The position numbers were made by a program, and so were the translations under genes. The notes under the pieces are model-generated. The model had not been told where the DNA came from. It ran no database searches and was given only the letters and a program-made list of their open reading frames with translations. 64,000 nucleotides of DNA from Escherichia phage vB_EcoM_FB. Below, in pieces: positions 9,127 to 18,796 of this stretch (positions are counted from its first letter, which is position 1; every line of letters begins with the position of its first letter). The stretch lies in sequence record MT682711.1; one strand, 5' to 3'.

Positions 9127-9516
9127 TTAACCACTCTGTGAGAGCTGGATTCTAATTTGCTCTAATGTGTCCGGGTCGTCAACAATACTAAACTGAACTG
9201 TTACTATAATAGAGTTGTCATCATAAACAGGGGTTACACCTACAGCAAGAGCAGAAATTCTGGGTTCGAAGTTCCGCACAGCGGAAACTATATTACGCTT
9301 AATGGTGTCTGTGATTAATGGGGTAATATTCTCAAACAACTGATTGCTAATATCACATCCAAATTCAGGCATAAAAGGGCGTGAACCTTTGCGAGTAGTA
9401 ATAATGCCTAACAAACTATTTTTTACTGCACGAGCACCTGTAGCTTTAGCGACGTCTCTATTCCAAGACGTCCTCATTTCAGGGTCTAAATCTGAATACA
9501 TTTTATTGATATTCAT
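9127..9516 (-). CDS. 25: baseplate wedge protein gp25
   Basis: 129 aa; SLLGIITTRKGSRPFMPEFGCD as in T4 gp25. Confidence 0.9.
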   Translation of the reverse strand: MNINKMYSDLDPEMRTSWNRDVAKATGARAVKNSLLGIITTRKGSRPFMPEFGCDISNQLFENITPLITDTIKRNIVSAVRNFEPRISALAVGVTPVYDDNSIIVTVQFSIVDDPDTLEQIRIQLSQSG

Positions 9517-10139
9517 TACATCACCTTAAAGAACTCTTTAAGTCCCTCAATAACGTGGACGGTGTGTTCACCACATTCACAAGAAATAGGTATAGCCAAA
9601 ATAGGCTTAGGGGCGACTAGTGCATCATAAACTTCTTTTATATCTTTTTCTGTTATCACAGAATAAAGGTCATCAAGTTCCGCATCGCTTAAATCGGAAA
9701 GAAAAAGCTTTTCGCCTGCAGAAGTTAAAATATAATCGATACACCCGGCGACCATCATAGCTCTATTTTTATCTTCAAAGAGTTTAGGATATCTGAAAAC
9801 AATTTTAAAGTTGCCAAAGTCTTTAATAACATCCGGCTCTTTACCCAATGTTGCTCGAGTTAGTGTCATAGGGACAACCTGTGAGCGACCACAACTACAA
9901 CTCCACTCACGTTCTATATTCACTTCAGCTAATGAATGGGCCCACAGGTTTATCACCAGGAGCTCAGATTCTTGCTTGTTTAAATCACGAGCATCTGTGC
10001 AATTCGAAATGAGTTCATTGATAAAGGACTCTATTCTGCCTTCTAATTTAGCTTGGAGCAAGTCCTTATACTCTCTGAGGGTAAATGCTCTGCATTTTAT
10101 GGTTTTGTTTTTAATTTTTACGTCAAAAGTATAATTCAT
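9516..10139 (-). CDS. 26: baseplate hub subunit gp26
   Basis: 207 aa; AAGGAG SD; synteny 25-26-51-27. Confidence 0.85.
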   Translation of the reverse strand: MNYTFDVKIKNKTIKCRAFTLREYKDLLQAKLEGRIESFINELISNCTDARDLNKQESELLVINLWAHSLAEVNIEREWSCSCGRSQVVPMTLTRATLGKEPDVIKDFGNFKIVFRYPKLFEDKNRAMMVAGCIDYILTSAGEKLFLSDLSDAELDDLYSVITEKDIKEVYDALVAPKPILAIPISCECGEHTVHVIEGLKEFFKVM

Positions 10140-10157
10140 TGTCTTCTCCTTTAAGCT

Positions 10158-10165
10158 TATTTATA
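10158..10165 (-). promoter_or_regulatory. late promoter (TATAAATA on minus) for 26-25
   Basis: plus strand TATTTATA 19 nt upstream of ATG 10139. Confidence 0.6.
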
Positions 10166-10169
10166 AATA
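10162..10169 (+). promoter_or_regulatory. late promoter TATAAATA for gene 51
   Basis: overlaps the minus-strand copy in TATTTATAAATA. Confidence 0.6.
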
Positions 10170-10189
10170 CATCAATAAGAGGACACCCT

Positions 10190-10942
10190 ATGGCTAATAT
10201 AGTACGTTGTGAAATGCCTGATGGAGTCCACCGATTTAAACCTTTTACAGTAGCTGATTATCGTGATTTTATTTTGATTCGAAATGACATGAATAATAAA
10301 TCGCCTGAAGAGCAAAAACAAATTTTAGGTGAGTTACTGGAAGAATACTTCGGTGAATATCCTATGTCATGGCGCCCATATATGTTCATTGAACTTTATA
10401 CGTCATCACTCGGCAAGACCAAAATTCCTATCCGATACACTTGTAGTAAGTGTGAAAAGGATAGACAAGTTTTATTCAATTTGAAACAGACCAAGTTAGA
10501 TAATCCCACAATTGAAGTGGCCGGCTTGAAGCTAACATTCAAATTTCCGGAAATAGAATATCAAGACAAATCCGAATTGATTCTGAACACCCTCCAAACC
10601 GTGGAAGATGAAAACGGGAAATATAATTGGACTGACCTTTCTGAAGAAGACCAATTAGCCGTAATAGATGCTATAGACTTATCCACTTTAGAGGATATAG
10701 TCAAACAAACTAGCCCTATTAATTTTGAACTAAAATATGGATGCTGTAATCGTAGAACAATTACGTATACCGATATTTTAGAGGTGTTTAAGCTTATAGT
10801 CAACCCGGATGAGATATTTTTATTTTACCAAATAAACCATTTATTGGTAAAGAACAATTATTCATTAGAAAGCATTATGCAGATGATTCCAATCGAACGC
10901 GGTATTGCTTTGTCTTTGGTTGAAAAGGACCTTAAGAAATGA
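10190..10942 (+). CDS. 51: baseplate hub assembly protein gp51
   Basis: start re-set to ATG 10190 ([21 protein letters not shown]), downstream of the late promoter. Confidence 0.85.
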   Translation: MANIVRCEMPDGVHRFKPFTVADYRDFILIRNDMNNKSPEEQKQILGELLEEYFGEYPMSWRPYMFIELYTSSLGKTKIPIRYTCSKCEKDRQVLFNLKQTKLDNPTIEVAGLKLTFKFPEIEYQDKSELILNTLQTVEDENGKYNWTDLSEEDQLAVIDAIDLSTLEDIVKQTSPINFELKYGCCNRRTITYTDILEVFKLIVNPDEIFLFYQINHLLVKNNYSLESIMQMIPIERGIALSLVEKDLKK

Positions 10943-12108
10943 GTTCAAAAACTATGCAACGTGAAGGCTTTCCTAATATTAGTATACGCCTTTACGAAGA
11001 TTATGACGCCTGGTTAGAGCATCGTTTTGTTGAACTAGGCGCGACATTTACTACTCTAACAATGCGAGATGGGCTTTACGGTAGTAATGAAGGGTTGCTT
11101 CAGTTTTATGATGCAAAGAACCTTCATACTAAAATGGATGGTGAGCAGATTATTCAAATTTCTGTTAAGAATGCTAACTCTGAACGTACCCAATCAAGAA
11201 TTTATGGAAGTAAACACTTTGCTGTAGGAGTGGATTCGAAGGGCGACAATATCATAACAATACAACTCGCCCCAATCCACTTTTTAGAGAATCTTAAATT
11301 TAGTCGTATGTTCTTCCCGAGTGTTCAAGAAACATTAACTGAAATGATTGGTGTTATTTATCAAGACCGTCCGCTTCTTGCTCCTCCTTTGAACGGGATA
11401 AACGTTTACGTTCCTAATGTTCCTTGGTGTGATTCAATGGACCGTTATATGGAATTTGTACGAGAAGTAGGTATGGCCGTTGAATCTGATAAATTTGTAT
11501 TTGTCTGGGAAGATATAGATGGTATTTCTATCATGGACTACGAATTTATGGTTAACCAAGAGCCTATTAATTTTGTAGTGGGTGAGCCGCGATTAATAGG
11601 TCAATACGTTCAAGATATGGATACACCTATCGCATTTGATTTTGAATGGTTAACTAAAGCCAACCAACATTCCAGAAAACCATATGAAAACGCTACTGTA
11701 TACGCCCACTCTTTCTTAGACAAAAACGCCACACGAATTACTTTTGGTGACGGGCAAAACAGTATATTGGTTTCTCGCTCCGGTGGATATTCTGATTATA
11801 CCTACCGAAACGGTTTTGAAGAAGCTGATAGATTAGTTACTATGGCCCAATACGATGGATACGCTCATTGTAAGGTATATGGTAACTTTGAACTAACTCC
11901 AGGCGATAAGATTAATTTCTATGACCCTAAAAACCAATTCCAGTACGATTTTTATGTAGACGAAGTTATTCATGAAGTGAGTAACAATACATCAATTACA
12001 AACCTTTATATGTTTACTAATGGTAAGCCTATTAAGATTGAAGAACCGCCGAAGGTTAAAAATGAACTTAAAACTGATACTCCCGATCAAGAAAATAACG
12101 CTGGGTGA
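10939..12108 (+). CDS. 27: baseplate hub subunit gp27
   Basis: 389 aa; ATGA overlap with gene 51 stop. Confidence 0.9.
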   Translation: MSSKTMQREGFPNISIRLYEDYDAWLEHRFVELGATFTTLTMRDGLYGSNEGLLQFYDAKNLHTKMDGEQIIQISVKNANSERTQSRIYGSKHFAVGVDSKGDNIITIQLAPIHFLENLKFSRMFFPSVQETLTEMIGVIYQDRPLLAPPLNGINVYVPNVPWCDSMDRYMEFVREVGMAVESDKFVFVWEDIDGISIMDYEFMVNQEPINFVVGEPRLIGQYVQDMDTPIAFDFEWLTKANQHSRKPYENATVYAHSFLDKNATRITFGDGQNSILVSRSGGYSDYTYRNGFEEADRLVTMAQYDGYAHCKVYGNFELTPGDKINFYDPKNQFQYDFYVDEVIHEVSNNTSITNLYMFTNGKPIKIEEPPKVKNELKTDTPDQENNAG

Positions 12109-12589
12109 CAAAGAGATTTCCATTCCTAAATTGGGTCTTAAACACCAGAAATTGGTTAAAGATGAAAAGGACCCTTACAAGGCCCTCTATATGACAATGG
12201 AATCCATTTGTAAAGGACTGTCTGCAGCAGAAACAGATTTTGCTGCTTTACACCTTTTAGAATTCAACGGACGATTAAAAGAAAAAGTAACTAAAGATGG
12301 ATTCACATATAATTTAAATGACCTTTATATTTGCCAACGACTTGAATTCCAGTTCCAAGGTAAAACATTTAAATTTAAATCACACGAACCATTTCAAACA
12401 TTTGGTCCTGTTGATAGTGTACTACAATCTCTTTATCTTGGTGATGATGTACCAGATTTTCTGGATATGCCTGCCTTTGTTGCTACATGGGCCGACGATA
12501 TAACTTCTACTGTAGCTATCCCTGGTCCTAATGGTCCTATCAAAGGATTGCTTAAAATCATGGATATCTTAAATGAAGAACGAATCTAA
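12062..12589 (+). CDS. 28: baseplate hub distal subunit gp28
   Basis: start re-set to ATG 12062 ([28 protein letters not shown]). Confidence 0.8.
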   Translation: MNLKLILPIKKITLGDKEISIPKLGLKHQKLVKDEKDPYKALYMTMESICKGLSAAETDFAALHLLEFNGRLKEKVTKDGFTYNLNDLYICQRLEFQFQGKTFKFKSHEPFQTFGPVDSVLQSLYLGDDVPDFLDMPAFVATWADDITSTVAIPGPNGPIKGLLKIMDILNEERI

Positions 12590-14309
12590 TCAGAATAGTT
12601 TTCGTCGCAATAAACTGATTGAAGAAATGGCTCCTCAGCGTCGTGCTGAGGCGCTAGCCCAAACTCAGAACGACGAATTAGGAAATATATCAGATGTTTT
12701 ATCCGATTCCCAGGCGGCGTCTGAATTGCTCTCTGAAGTTGTTGAGACAAAGTCTAACCAGATTATTAATTCTGTAGACCGAGTAGACAAAAGCGTCCAA
12801 GATGTTGTCGCTGGAACAGAATTAACGGCCGAAGCCATATCAGAACAAACCCAACAGTCTAAAGCTCTTTCGGATGCATTAAACGAAAAGATTAATAAGC
12901 TTTCTAATATGTTGGAGGCTAAATTTTCTGGTATTTCTATTCCACCGGAAGGGAGCTCATTAAAGGTTATTGAAGACTCTATTCCAGAAGAACCTAAGGC
13001 CGAAACTCCTAAAGTTCCTGCTGTTGTTGAAGATATTCTTCCACCTGAAGATAATAAACCTGACGCCGAATTTATGCCTGAGCCTCCTAAAAATTCAGAT
13101 GAAGGTAAAGAAGGTGATAAGACTTCTCTTTCCGAGAAAATCGAAGCCCTTACTAAAATAACTGAAAAGGGATTTAAAGCTTCTATAGGCGTCGCTGATA
13201 GAATTTCAGGCATGCTTTTTAAGTATACCATTACCGCTGCCGCTGAAGCTGCTAAACTCGCAGCAGGTTTAGTCCTTTTAATATTTGGTATAGATGCCAT
13301 TCGCGTATACTTCCAATATTTCATGGACCAATTTGAGTCAGGGTGGAAAGAATTTAACGATAAGTTTAAAGAGTGGGGACCATTACTTGAAGGGCTAATG
13401 ACATGGGCCAAGAATGCTGAAGCCATGTTTAGTGAAGGAAACTGGTTAGGTCTGGCTGAAGCTATTATTCGTGGTATGGTTAATCTTACCAAAAATATGG
13501 CACAACTTTTAATGCTTGGTATTTCTAAGTTGATTTCTGCTATTTTAAGTAAAATACCTGGTATGGGTGATTTAGCTGAAAACGTAGAGGCTTCTGCTTT
13601 AATGTCATATCAGCAAAATACCGGAGCCACTTTGGACGATGAAGACCAAACTAAAGTGGCCAAGTACCATGATAGACGTTCAGCCGAGGCTTTAGAAACA
13701 GCCGAGAAAATGAATAAGAAGTATAAGGATAAACCTGAGCTTATAAACCAGGCAGAGAAATACGGTAATCTTACTAAAGAACAAGCCGACCAATTACGCG
13801 CAGGTGGAATTGACACAAGCTTCCGTGACCTCCCTGAAGAAGAACGTTTAGAGTATTTCAAGAAACGTGATAAAGCTCAGGCTGATATTATTCGTTTGAC
13901 ACAAACCGCTGATAATATAATGAAGCCAGATTCTAAAGATATCGAAAATGCTAAAGCATTTAAAGCTGATATCGAGAAACAATTGGCCGACCCTATTATG
14001 GCTAAAGGTGGGGCACCGAAAGACCTTAATATCCAGCAATTACTTGATAAGATGAATAAATCTTTAGAGAAATTTAATGAAGCTGAAAAGCCTAAACCTG
14101 CTTCTGTAGCGGAATCTCCTGAAAATACCCAGGTTAAAAAGGTTGATGAGCAAATGAGAGCAAAGGAAAATGCTAAATATAGTCAGCAAGCTCCAACTCA
14201 AATAAATCAGCAAACGAATATCAAGAAAACGAGTAAGACAAGCTATAATATGCCTCCACAGTCCTCTACTCCTGCTCCTGGTATGCGTCAAGCTACTAAA
14301 GTTAATTAG
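12573..14309 (+). CDS. 29: baseplate hub / tail length determinator gp29
   Basis: 578 aa; synteny 28-29-48. Confidence 0.85.
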   Translation: MKNESNQNSFRRNKLIEEMAPQRRAEALAQTQNDELGNISDVLSDSQAASELLSEVVETKSNQIINSVDRVDKSVQDVVAGTELTAEAISEQTQQSKALSDALNEKINKLSNMLEAKFSGISIPPEGSSLKVIEDSIPEEPKAETPKVPAVVEDILPPEDNKPDAEFMPEPPKNSDEGKEGDKTSLSEKIEALTKITEKGFKASIGVADRISGMLFKYTITAAAEAAKLAAGLVLLIFGIDAIRVYFQYFMDQFESGWKEFNDKFKEWGPLLEGLMTWAKNAEAMFSEGNWLGLAEAIIRGMVNLTKNMAQLLMLGISKLISAILSKIPGMGDLAENVEASALMSYQQNTGATLDDEDQTKVAKYHDRRSAEALETAEKMNKKYKDKPELINQAEKYGNLTKEQADQLRAGGIDTSFRDLPEEERLEYFKKRDKAQADIIRLTQTADNIMKPDSKDIENAKAFKADIEKQLADPIMAKGGAPKDLNIQQLLDKMNKSLEKFNEAEKPKPASVAESPENTQVKKVDEQMRAKENAKYSQQAPTQINQQTNIKKTSKTSYNMPPQSSTPAPGMRQATKVN

Positions 14310-14317
14310 GATTAATA

Positions 14318-15406
14318 ATGAAAGTAAAAGAACTTGACTTTGATGTAGCCTCCTTGTTTAAAGGAGGTTCAAAGACCTCCGCAGGTCAATCTAAAACACC
14401 ACCAATAAAAACCACGGTAACCGCTCAGTATCCAGCTGAGCGGGCTTCAGGTAATGATACCTCAACCGATATGGTATTAAACGACCTCTATAAAAATGGA
14501 TTGCTTTTTACCGCATATAATTTTAGTTCTCGTGTATCTCCGGATTTGCGTAACGACCGTTCGAGTCAAATGACTAAAAAGTTCTCAAGTGCAGCCAGCA
14601 AATTAACAGGCAATAGTGGAACATATAGTGCTGTTAAAAACTTATTTGGTGGAAATACTAAGGGCGTTAAATTTGATACCCAAGCCTTAGCTAATATCCT
14701 TTTACCTCGTTCTAAATCTGATGTGGATTCCGTATCACACAAATTTAATGATGTTGGTGAGTCCTTAATTACTAAAGGCGGTGGTACTGCTACAGGTATT
14801 TTAAGTAACGTTGCTAGTACCGCGGTATTTGGTGCATTAGAATCTGTGACTAACGGCGTAATGGCTGATTCAGGCGAACAGATATACACTACAGCTCGTA
14901 GTATGTACGCCGGTCCGGATAACCGTACTAAGGTATTCACTTGGGAAATGACTCCACGAAATGCCCAAGACCTTATCCAGATTATTAAAATATACGAAAT
15001 CTTCAACTATTATTCTTACGGCGAAACGGGTAATTCGGCTTTCGCAGGTGAATTAAAAGAGAAGATTGATACTTGGTATCGTTCTACATTTAAAAAAGAA
15101 GCTATTGACAAGTTTGATGGTAAGCTATTAGGGGAAAGTATTACAAGCTTCCTTTCTAATGTTATTGTGGTAAGTAACCCAACCATTTGGTATATCCGAA
15201 ACTTTGGTGATAGCAGTTCATATGATGGTCGTGAAGATATTTTTGGCCCATGCCAAATCCAGAGTATCCGTTTTGATAAAACTCCGGACGGCCATTTTAA
15301 CGGATTGGCTATTGCTCCTAACTTACCATCTACGTTTAGTTTAGAAGTTACTTTCCGTGAAATTATTACTCTGAACCGTGGCTCACTTTATACGGAAGGA
15401 TTCTAA
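14318..15406 (+). CDS. 48: baseplate-tail tube junction protein gp48
   Basis: 362 aa; synteny. Confidence 0.85.
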   Translation: MKVKELDFDVASLFKGGSKTSAGQSKTPPIKTTVTAQYPAERASGNDTSTDMVLNDLYKNGLLFTAYNFSSRVSPDLRNDRSSQMTKKFSSAASKLTGNSGTYSAVKNLFGGNTKGVKFDTQALANILLPRSKSDVDSVSHKFNDVGESLITKGGGTATGILSNVASTAVFGALESVTNGVMADSGEQIYTTARSMYAGPDNRTKVFTWEMTPRNAQDLIQIIKIYEIFNYYSYGETGNSAFAGELKEKIDTWYRSTFKKEAIDKFDGKLLGESITSFLSNVIVVSNPTIWYIRNFGDSSSYDGREDIFGPCQIQSIRFDKTPDGHFNGLAIAPNLPSTFSLEVTFREIITLNRGSLYTEGF

Positions 15407-16347
15407 TGTATACTTTACAAGAATTTCAGAATCAGGCAATTAATATTGACCTACAAAGGAATAACCTGTTTAGTGTGGTATTTGCCACAGTTCCTTCTTC
15501 TAAATCTCAGACGCTCCTCGACCAGTTCGGTGGAGCTTTATTTAACAATATCCCATTGAATAGCGATTTGTTTGGTATTACACAAGGAGAGTTGACCCAA
15601 GGTGTTACGACATTAGTGACAGCGGGCACTCAGAAGTTGATTCGTAAGTCAGGCATAAGTAAATATTTGATTGGAGCTATGTCATCCAGGGTTGTGCAGA
15701 GCTTACTAGGAGAGTTTGAAGTAGGTACATATCTGATGGATTTTTTCAATATGGCCTATCCTACGGCAGGTCTTTTAGTCCACGCCGTTAAAATCCCGGA
15801 TAATACTTTGAACTATGAAATGGATTTGAACCACAACTCACCTAACATCAAAATTACCGGAAGAGAATATTCTCCATTAGTATTAAGCTTCCGTATGGAT
15901 TCTGAAGCTGCTAACTACCGTGCTTTTAATGATTGGGTCAATAGTGTTCAAGACCCTATTACACAATTAAGAGCATTACCGGAGGATGTTGAAGCTGACA
16001 TTCAAGTCAACCTTCATTCCCGTAATGGATTACCACATACGGTAGTAATGCTTAATGGTTGCGTTCCAATGAGCGTATCTTCCCCGGAATTATCTTACGA
16101 CGGTGATAACCAAATTGCTTCATTTGATGTTACATTTGCTTATAGAAGTGTACAGACTGGTGCAGTTGGCAAACAAGCTGCTTATGAATGGTTGGAAGAT
16201 AAAGTCCTTAAAGGCGTGGCGGGTATAAGTGAGAGCAATTCCCTGAGTTCTTCAGTGGCCAAATTAAGTAGACTTTCAGGAGCTTCTAGTGGATTAACAG
16301 GATTAGTTAATACATTCGGCGGGCGTGCTATTAATAATGGAATATAG
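15406..16347 (+). CDS. 54: baseplate-tail tube initiator gp54
   Basis: 313 aa; TAATG overlap with gene 48. Confidence 0.85.
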   Translation: MYTLQEFQNQAINIDLQRNNLFSVVFATVPSSKSQTLLDQFGGALFNNIPLNSDLFGITQGELTQGVTTLVTAGTQKLIRKSGISKYLIGAMSSRVVQSLLGEFEVGTYLMDFFNMAYPTAGLLVHAVKIPDNTLNYEMDLNHNSPNIKITGREYSPLVLSFRMDSEAANYRAFNDWVNSVQDPITQLRALPEDVEADIQVNLHSRNGLPHTVVMLNGCVPMSVSSPELSYDGDNQIASFDVTFAYRSVQTGAVGKQAAYEWLEDKVLKGVAGISESNSLSSSVAKLSRLSGASSGLTGLVNTFGGRAINNGI

Positions 16348-16366
16348 AGGTTGCTATAACAAAAAA

Positions 16367-16384
16367 GGAGAGCGTACGCTCTCC
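16367..16384. terminator. bidirectional terminator between gene 54 (+) and the alt block (-)
   Basis: GGAGAGCG-ta-CGCTCTCC perfect palindrome flanked by A6 and T3. Confidence 0.7.
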
Positions 16385-16393
16385 TTTAGGGGT

Positions 16394-16684
16394 TTATTTA
16401 CGGAACGAAATGAAACCTGCTGCAGTCATTAGTGGTTGCTTTTTAACAAACACCGTAACTGAAATAGGAGCTTCAGATTCGAGCTGTCCTGTCACTACAC
16501 CATTAAAGATATTTTCAGTTTGTTCCGGCTGAGAAAAGTTCTCAACAGGACGGATATCAAATTGCTTATCTTCACCGAAAACTCGACGCAATTCATTACC
16601 AACTGCACTGTCAAACTCTTCGGAAGCAGGGATAACGTTTTCAACTACCAGTTCTTGACCATTAAAACGGAATGCAGATTTCAT
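16394..16684 (-). CDS. hypothetical protein (alt.-1 position)
   Basis: 96 aa; GAGGAGAACATT SD; own early promoter. Confidence 0.55.
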   Translation of the reverse strand: MKSAFRFNGQELVVENVIPASEEFDSAVGNELRRVFGEDKQFDIRPVENFSQPEQTENIFNGVVTGQLESEAPISVTVFVKKQPLMTAAGFISFRK

Positions 16685-16712
16685 AATGTTCTCCTCATGT
16701 TTGTGTAAGGTA

Positions 16713-16742
16713 ATAGTAACACCATCCTTGGCGTTTGTAAAC
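16713..16742 (-). promoter_or_regulatory. early promoter (GTTTACA-N17-TACTAT)
   Basis: 19-nt core ATAGTAACACCATCCTTGG shared with the copy at 61996..62024. Confidence 0.5.
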
Positions 16743-18793
16743 TACCCTTGTACAAATTTATATTGGAGAGCGTCGATATCTATACAAGAAGCTAACAAGC
16801 CAAGACCTCTGTCTGAGTTCTTTTTCTTCTCATTAGAAACAAATGAATCAAAAGAAAGCTCACCACCATCTTTATAGACAACGAGTTCTCCTGTTTCCAT
16901 TAGGGCATCACCGTCGTATACTACAGCTTCATTAAGTTCATCTGCAGTCATTACTTCGGCTTGAATAAACTTATTGTTAGAACGAGTAGTCCCGTTGTTA
17001 TATGAGGCATCTGTAATTTTATTGATTTTAACCATCAACCCTCTAGGAAGAATTACTTCCATTTCGTTAGAAGGGGCTAGGTCTCCACCAGGTAAAACGA
17101 CATTTACTTTATTAGCACCAGTAATGGCCCAACCGATACCTACTAAGGTATCTTTAACTGAATATACCAAGCCTTCATCAGATTTATCTAAAGCAACATC
17201 TCGACGCTTTTCATCAGGTAAAACACCAACACCAGAATCGGTCATCCATGTACCAAAAATATTTGGATAAAGTGATGTTGATACAAAGTTCCTGAAATAG
17301 AATACTTTGTTTTTAACCATAGCCAGGTAAATATCAGGAATCATTCGTTGAGAACGATAAAGCGTGATACCTTCCGGAAGTTGTTCACCATTTTCAAAAG
17401 CAGAATCTAAGTTATTGATAGCTTTTTCTATCTCTTCATTAGTCAAAATACTGGTTCTTGTATTAGGGTCGCGGATTCCTAAAAGAACATTATTCATATC
17501 TTCGTAACCGGAGCCAACGTATTCACGAATACCACGCTTCTGTGCTGGTGTATAACGAGATACGTCTTTATTTTCTACAATAGAATGTAATTGCCAACCC
17601 GCGGTAAGAGCATAAACACGCAGTTCGCGCTGAATAATTTTGGTCTTTATAGCATTCCAAGAATTTTCGGCTAACTCTATGGCTTCGTGATAACCTAAGT
17701 GAGAATGCCGGGCCATTAGTTTTTGAAGCCAAGGGCCTTTATATTCTTCGATGACATCATCAACCACTGAAGCATAATTTTCTAGAGCTTTTACTGAAGT
17801 CACATTTAATCCATGTAATTTCTCAAAAGCTCTCATTTTTATGTCGGTATTAATTTCTTCCATTTTATCTTCTGGAATAAGAAGGTTGTCTTTAAACGAC
17901 ATACCGCCGGTATTAGCACTAATGGTATTTTCTAAAGCCAAGAAAGAATTAGAAATAACCTTTATTTCATTTGCTTCCGGCATTAAAGGACCTGTAGCAG
18001 GTTTATTCAATTCGACAGCATTAGACTCAAATTTCTTAAACATTGGAGTTTCGAAACGAGATGATTCTAAGGATTGCGACATAGCAATAGCACGACGTGA
18101 AATCTTAGTCTTGGTAATGACAGCCTTATCAGTACGTTTCTCTTCAACTTTAGCTATACTTGCCGAGACGGCTTCGGCCTTACTTACGGCCTGGCCAGTT
18201 TCCTTAGAAACATAAACTTCGCCAACTTTAGACTCAACCTTAGTATAAAGCTCGGCATCAATTTCAGGCATACCCTTAATATCTTCAATATTAGTACCAC
18301 GACGTACTAAAAGAACATAGGTATGTTTTCCGGTGAATTGGTACATGGCATCAACAACTTTAAACTTACCACCAGTACGAGCCATAGCTAAACGAGCTAA
18401 TACACGCTGAACAGTAGGACCCTTACCTTTCATTTTCTTGGTAGGGAACCGGAAAAGAACTGCATCCATTTTAAGTTTGTTTACTTGTTCGTATACAGTA
18501 TCAAAAATGGTATTCAGCGTACCAAGTGGGTCAGAACCTAACCCACCTTTCAACTCGGCTGGGCTACCCTTAGCAGACAAACTCATCAAAATAACATGAA
18601 CATATTTGTCTCCGGGCTTAACCATTTTAATAGCGTCTCCTTGAGACGCATAAGATACCATACGAGCAACCAGGTTATCATTACCTGGCGCTTTAATAGA
18701 GAAAATCTGTGGGATACCGGAACCTGGTTTAAGATTTATTACTGGATAGTTTTTATCGGAATCACTATCAAAAACCTCGTTTAAATTTTCCAT
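16742..18793 (-). CDS. alt: Alt-family ADP-ribosyltransferase (copy 1)
   Basis: 683 aa; R-S-E ART-like motifs YRSQ, FRNFVSTSL, EMEV; position between 54 and 30. Confidence 0.8.
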   Translation of the reverse strand: MENLNEVFDSDSDKNYPVINLKPGSGIPQIFSIKAPGNDNLVARMVSYASQGDAIKMVKPGDKYVHVILMSLSAKGSPAELKGGLGSDPLGTLNTIFDTVYEQVNKLKMDAVLFRFPTKKMKGKGPTVQRVLARLAMARTGGKFKVVDAMYQFTGKHTYVLLVRRGTNIEDIKGMPEIDAELYTKVESKVGEVYVSKETGQAVSKAEAVSASIAKVEEKRTDKAVITKTKISRRAIAMSQSLESSRFETPMFKKFESNAVELNKPATGPLMPEANEIKVISNSFLALENTISANTGGMSFKDNLLIPEDKMEEINTDIKMRAFEKLHGLNVTSVKALENYASVVDDVIEEYKGPWLQKLMARHSHLGYHEAIELAENSWNAIKTKIIQRELRVYALTAGWQLHSIVENKDVSRYTPAQKRGIREYVGSGYEDMNNVLLGIRDPNTRTSILTNEEIEKAINNLDSAFENGEQLPEGITLYRSQRMIPDIYLAMVKNKVFYFRNFVSTSLYPNIFGTWMTDSGVGVLPDEKRRDVALDKSDEGLVYSVKDTLVGIGWAITGANKVNVVLPGGDLAPSNEMEVILPRGLMVKINKITDASYNNGTTRSNNKFIQAEVMTADELNEAVVYDGDALMETGELVVYKDGGELSFDSFVSNEKKKNSDRGLGLLASCIDIDALQYKFVQG

Positions 18794-18796
18794 TAT

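Noticed and set aside
12665-13492. 275-aa minus-strand ORF inside gene 29
   Set aside because: Lies antisense within a well-supported structural gene, Ser/Ala/Leu-rich low-complexity translation, no SD or promoter; typical shadow ORF.
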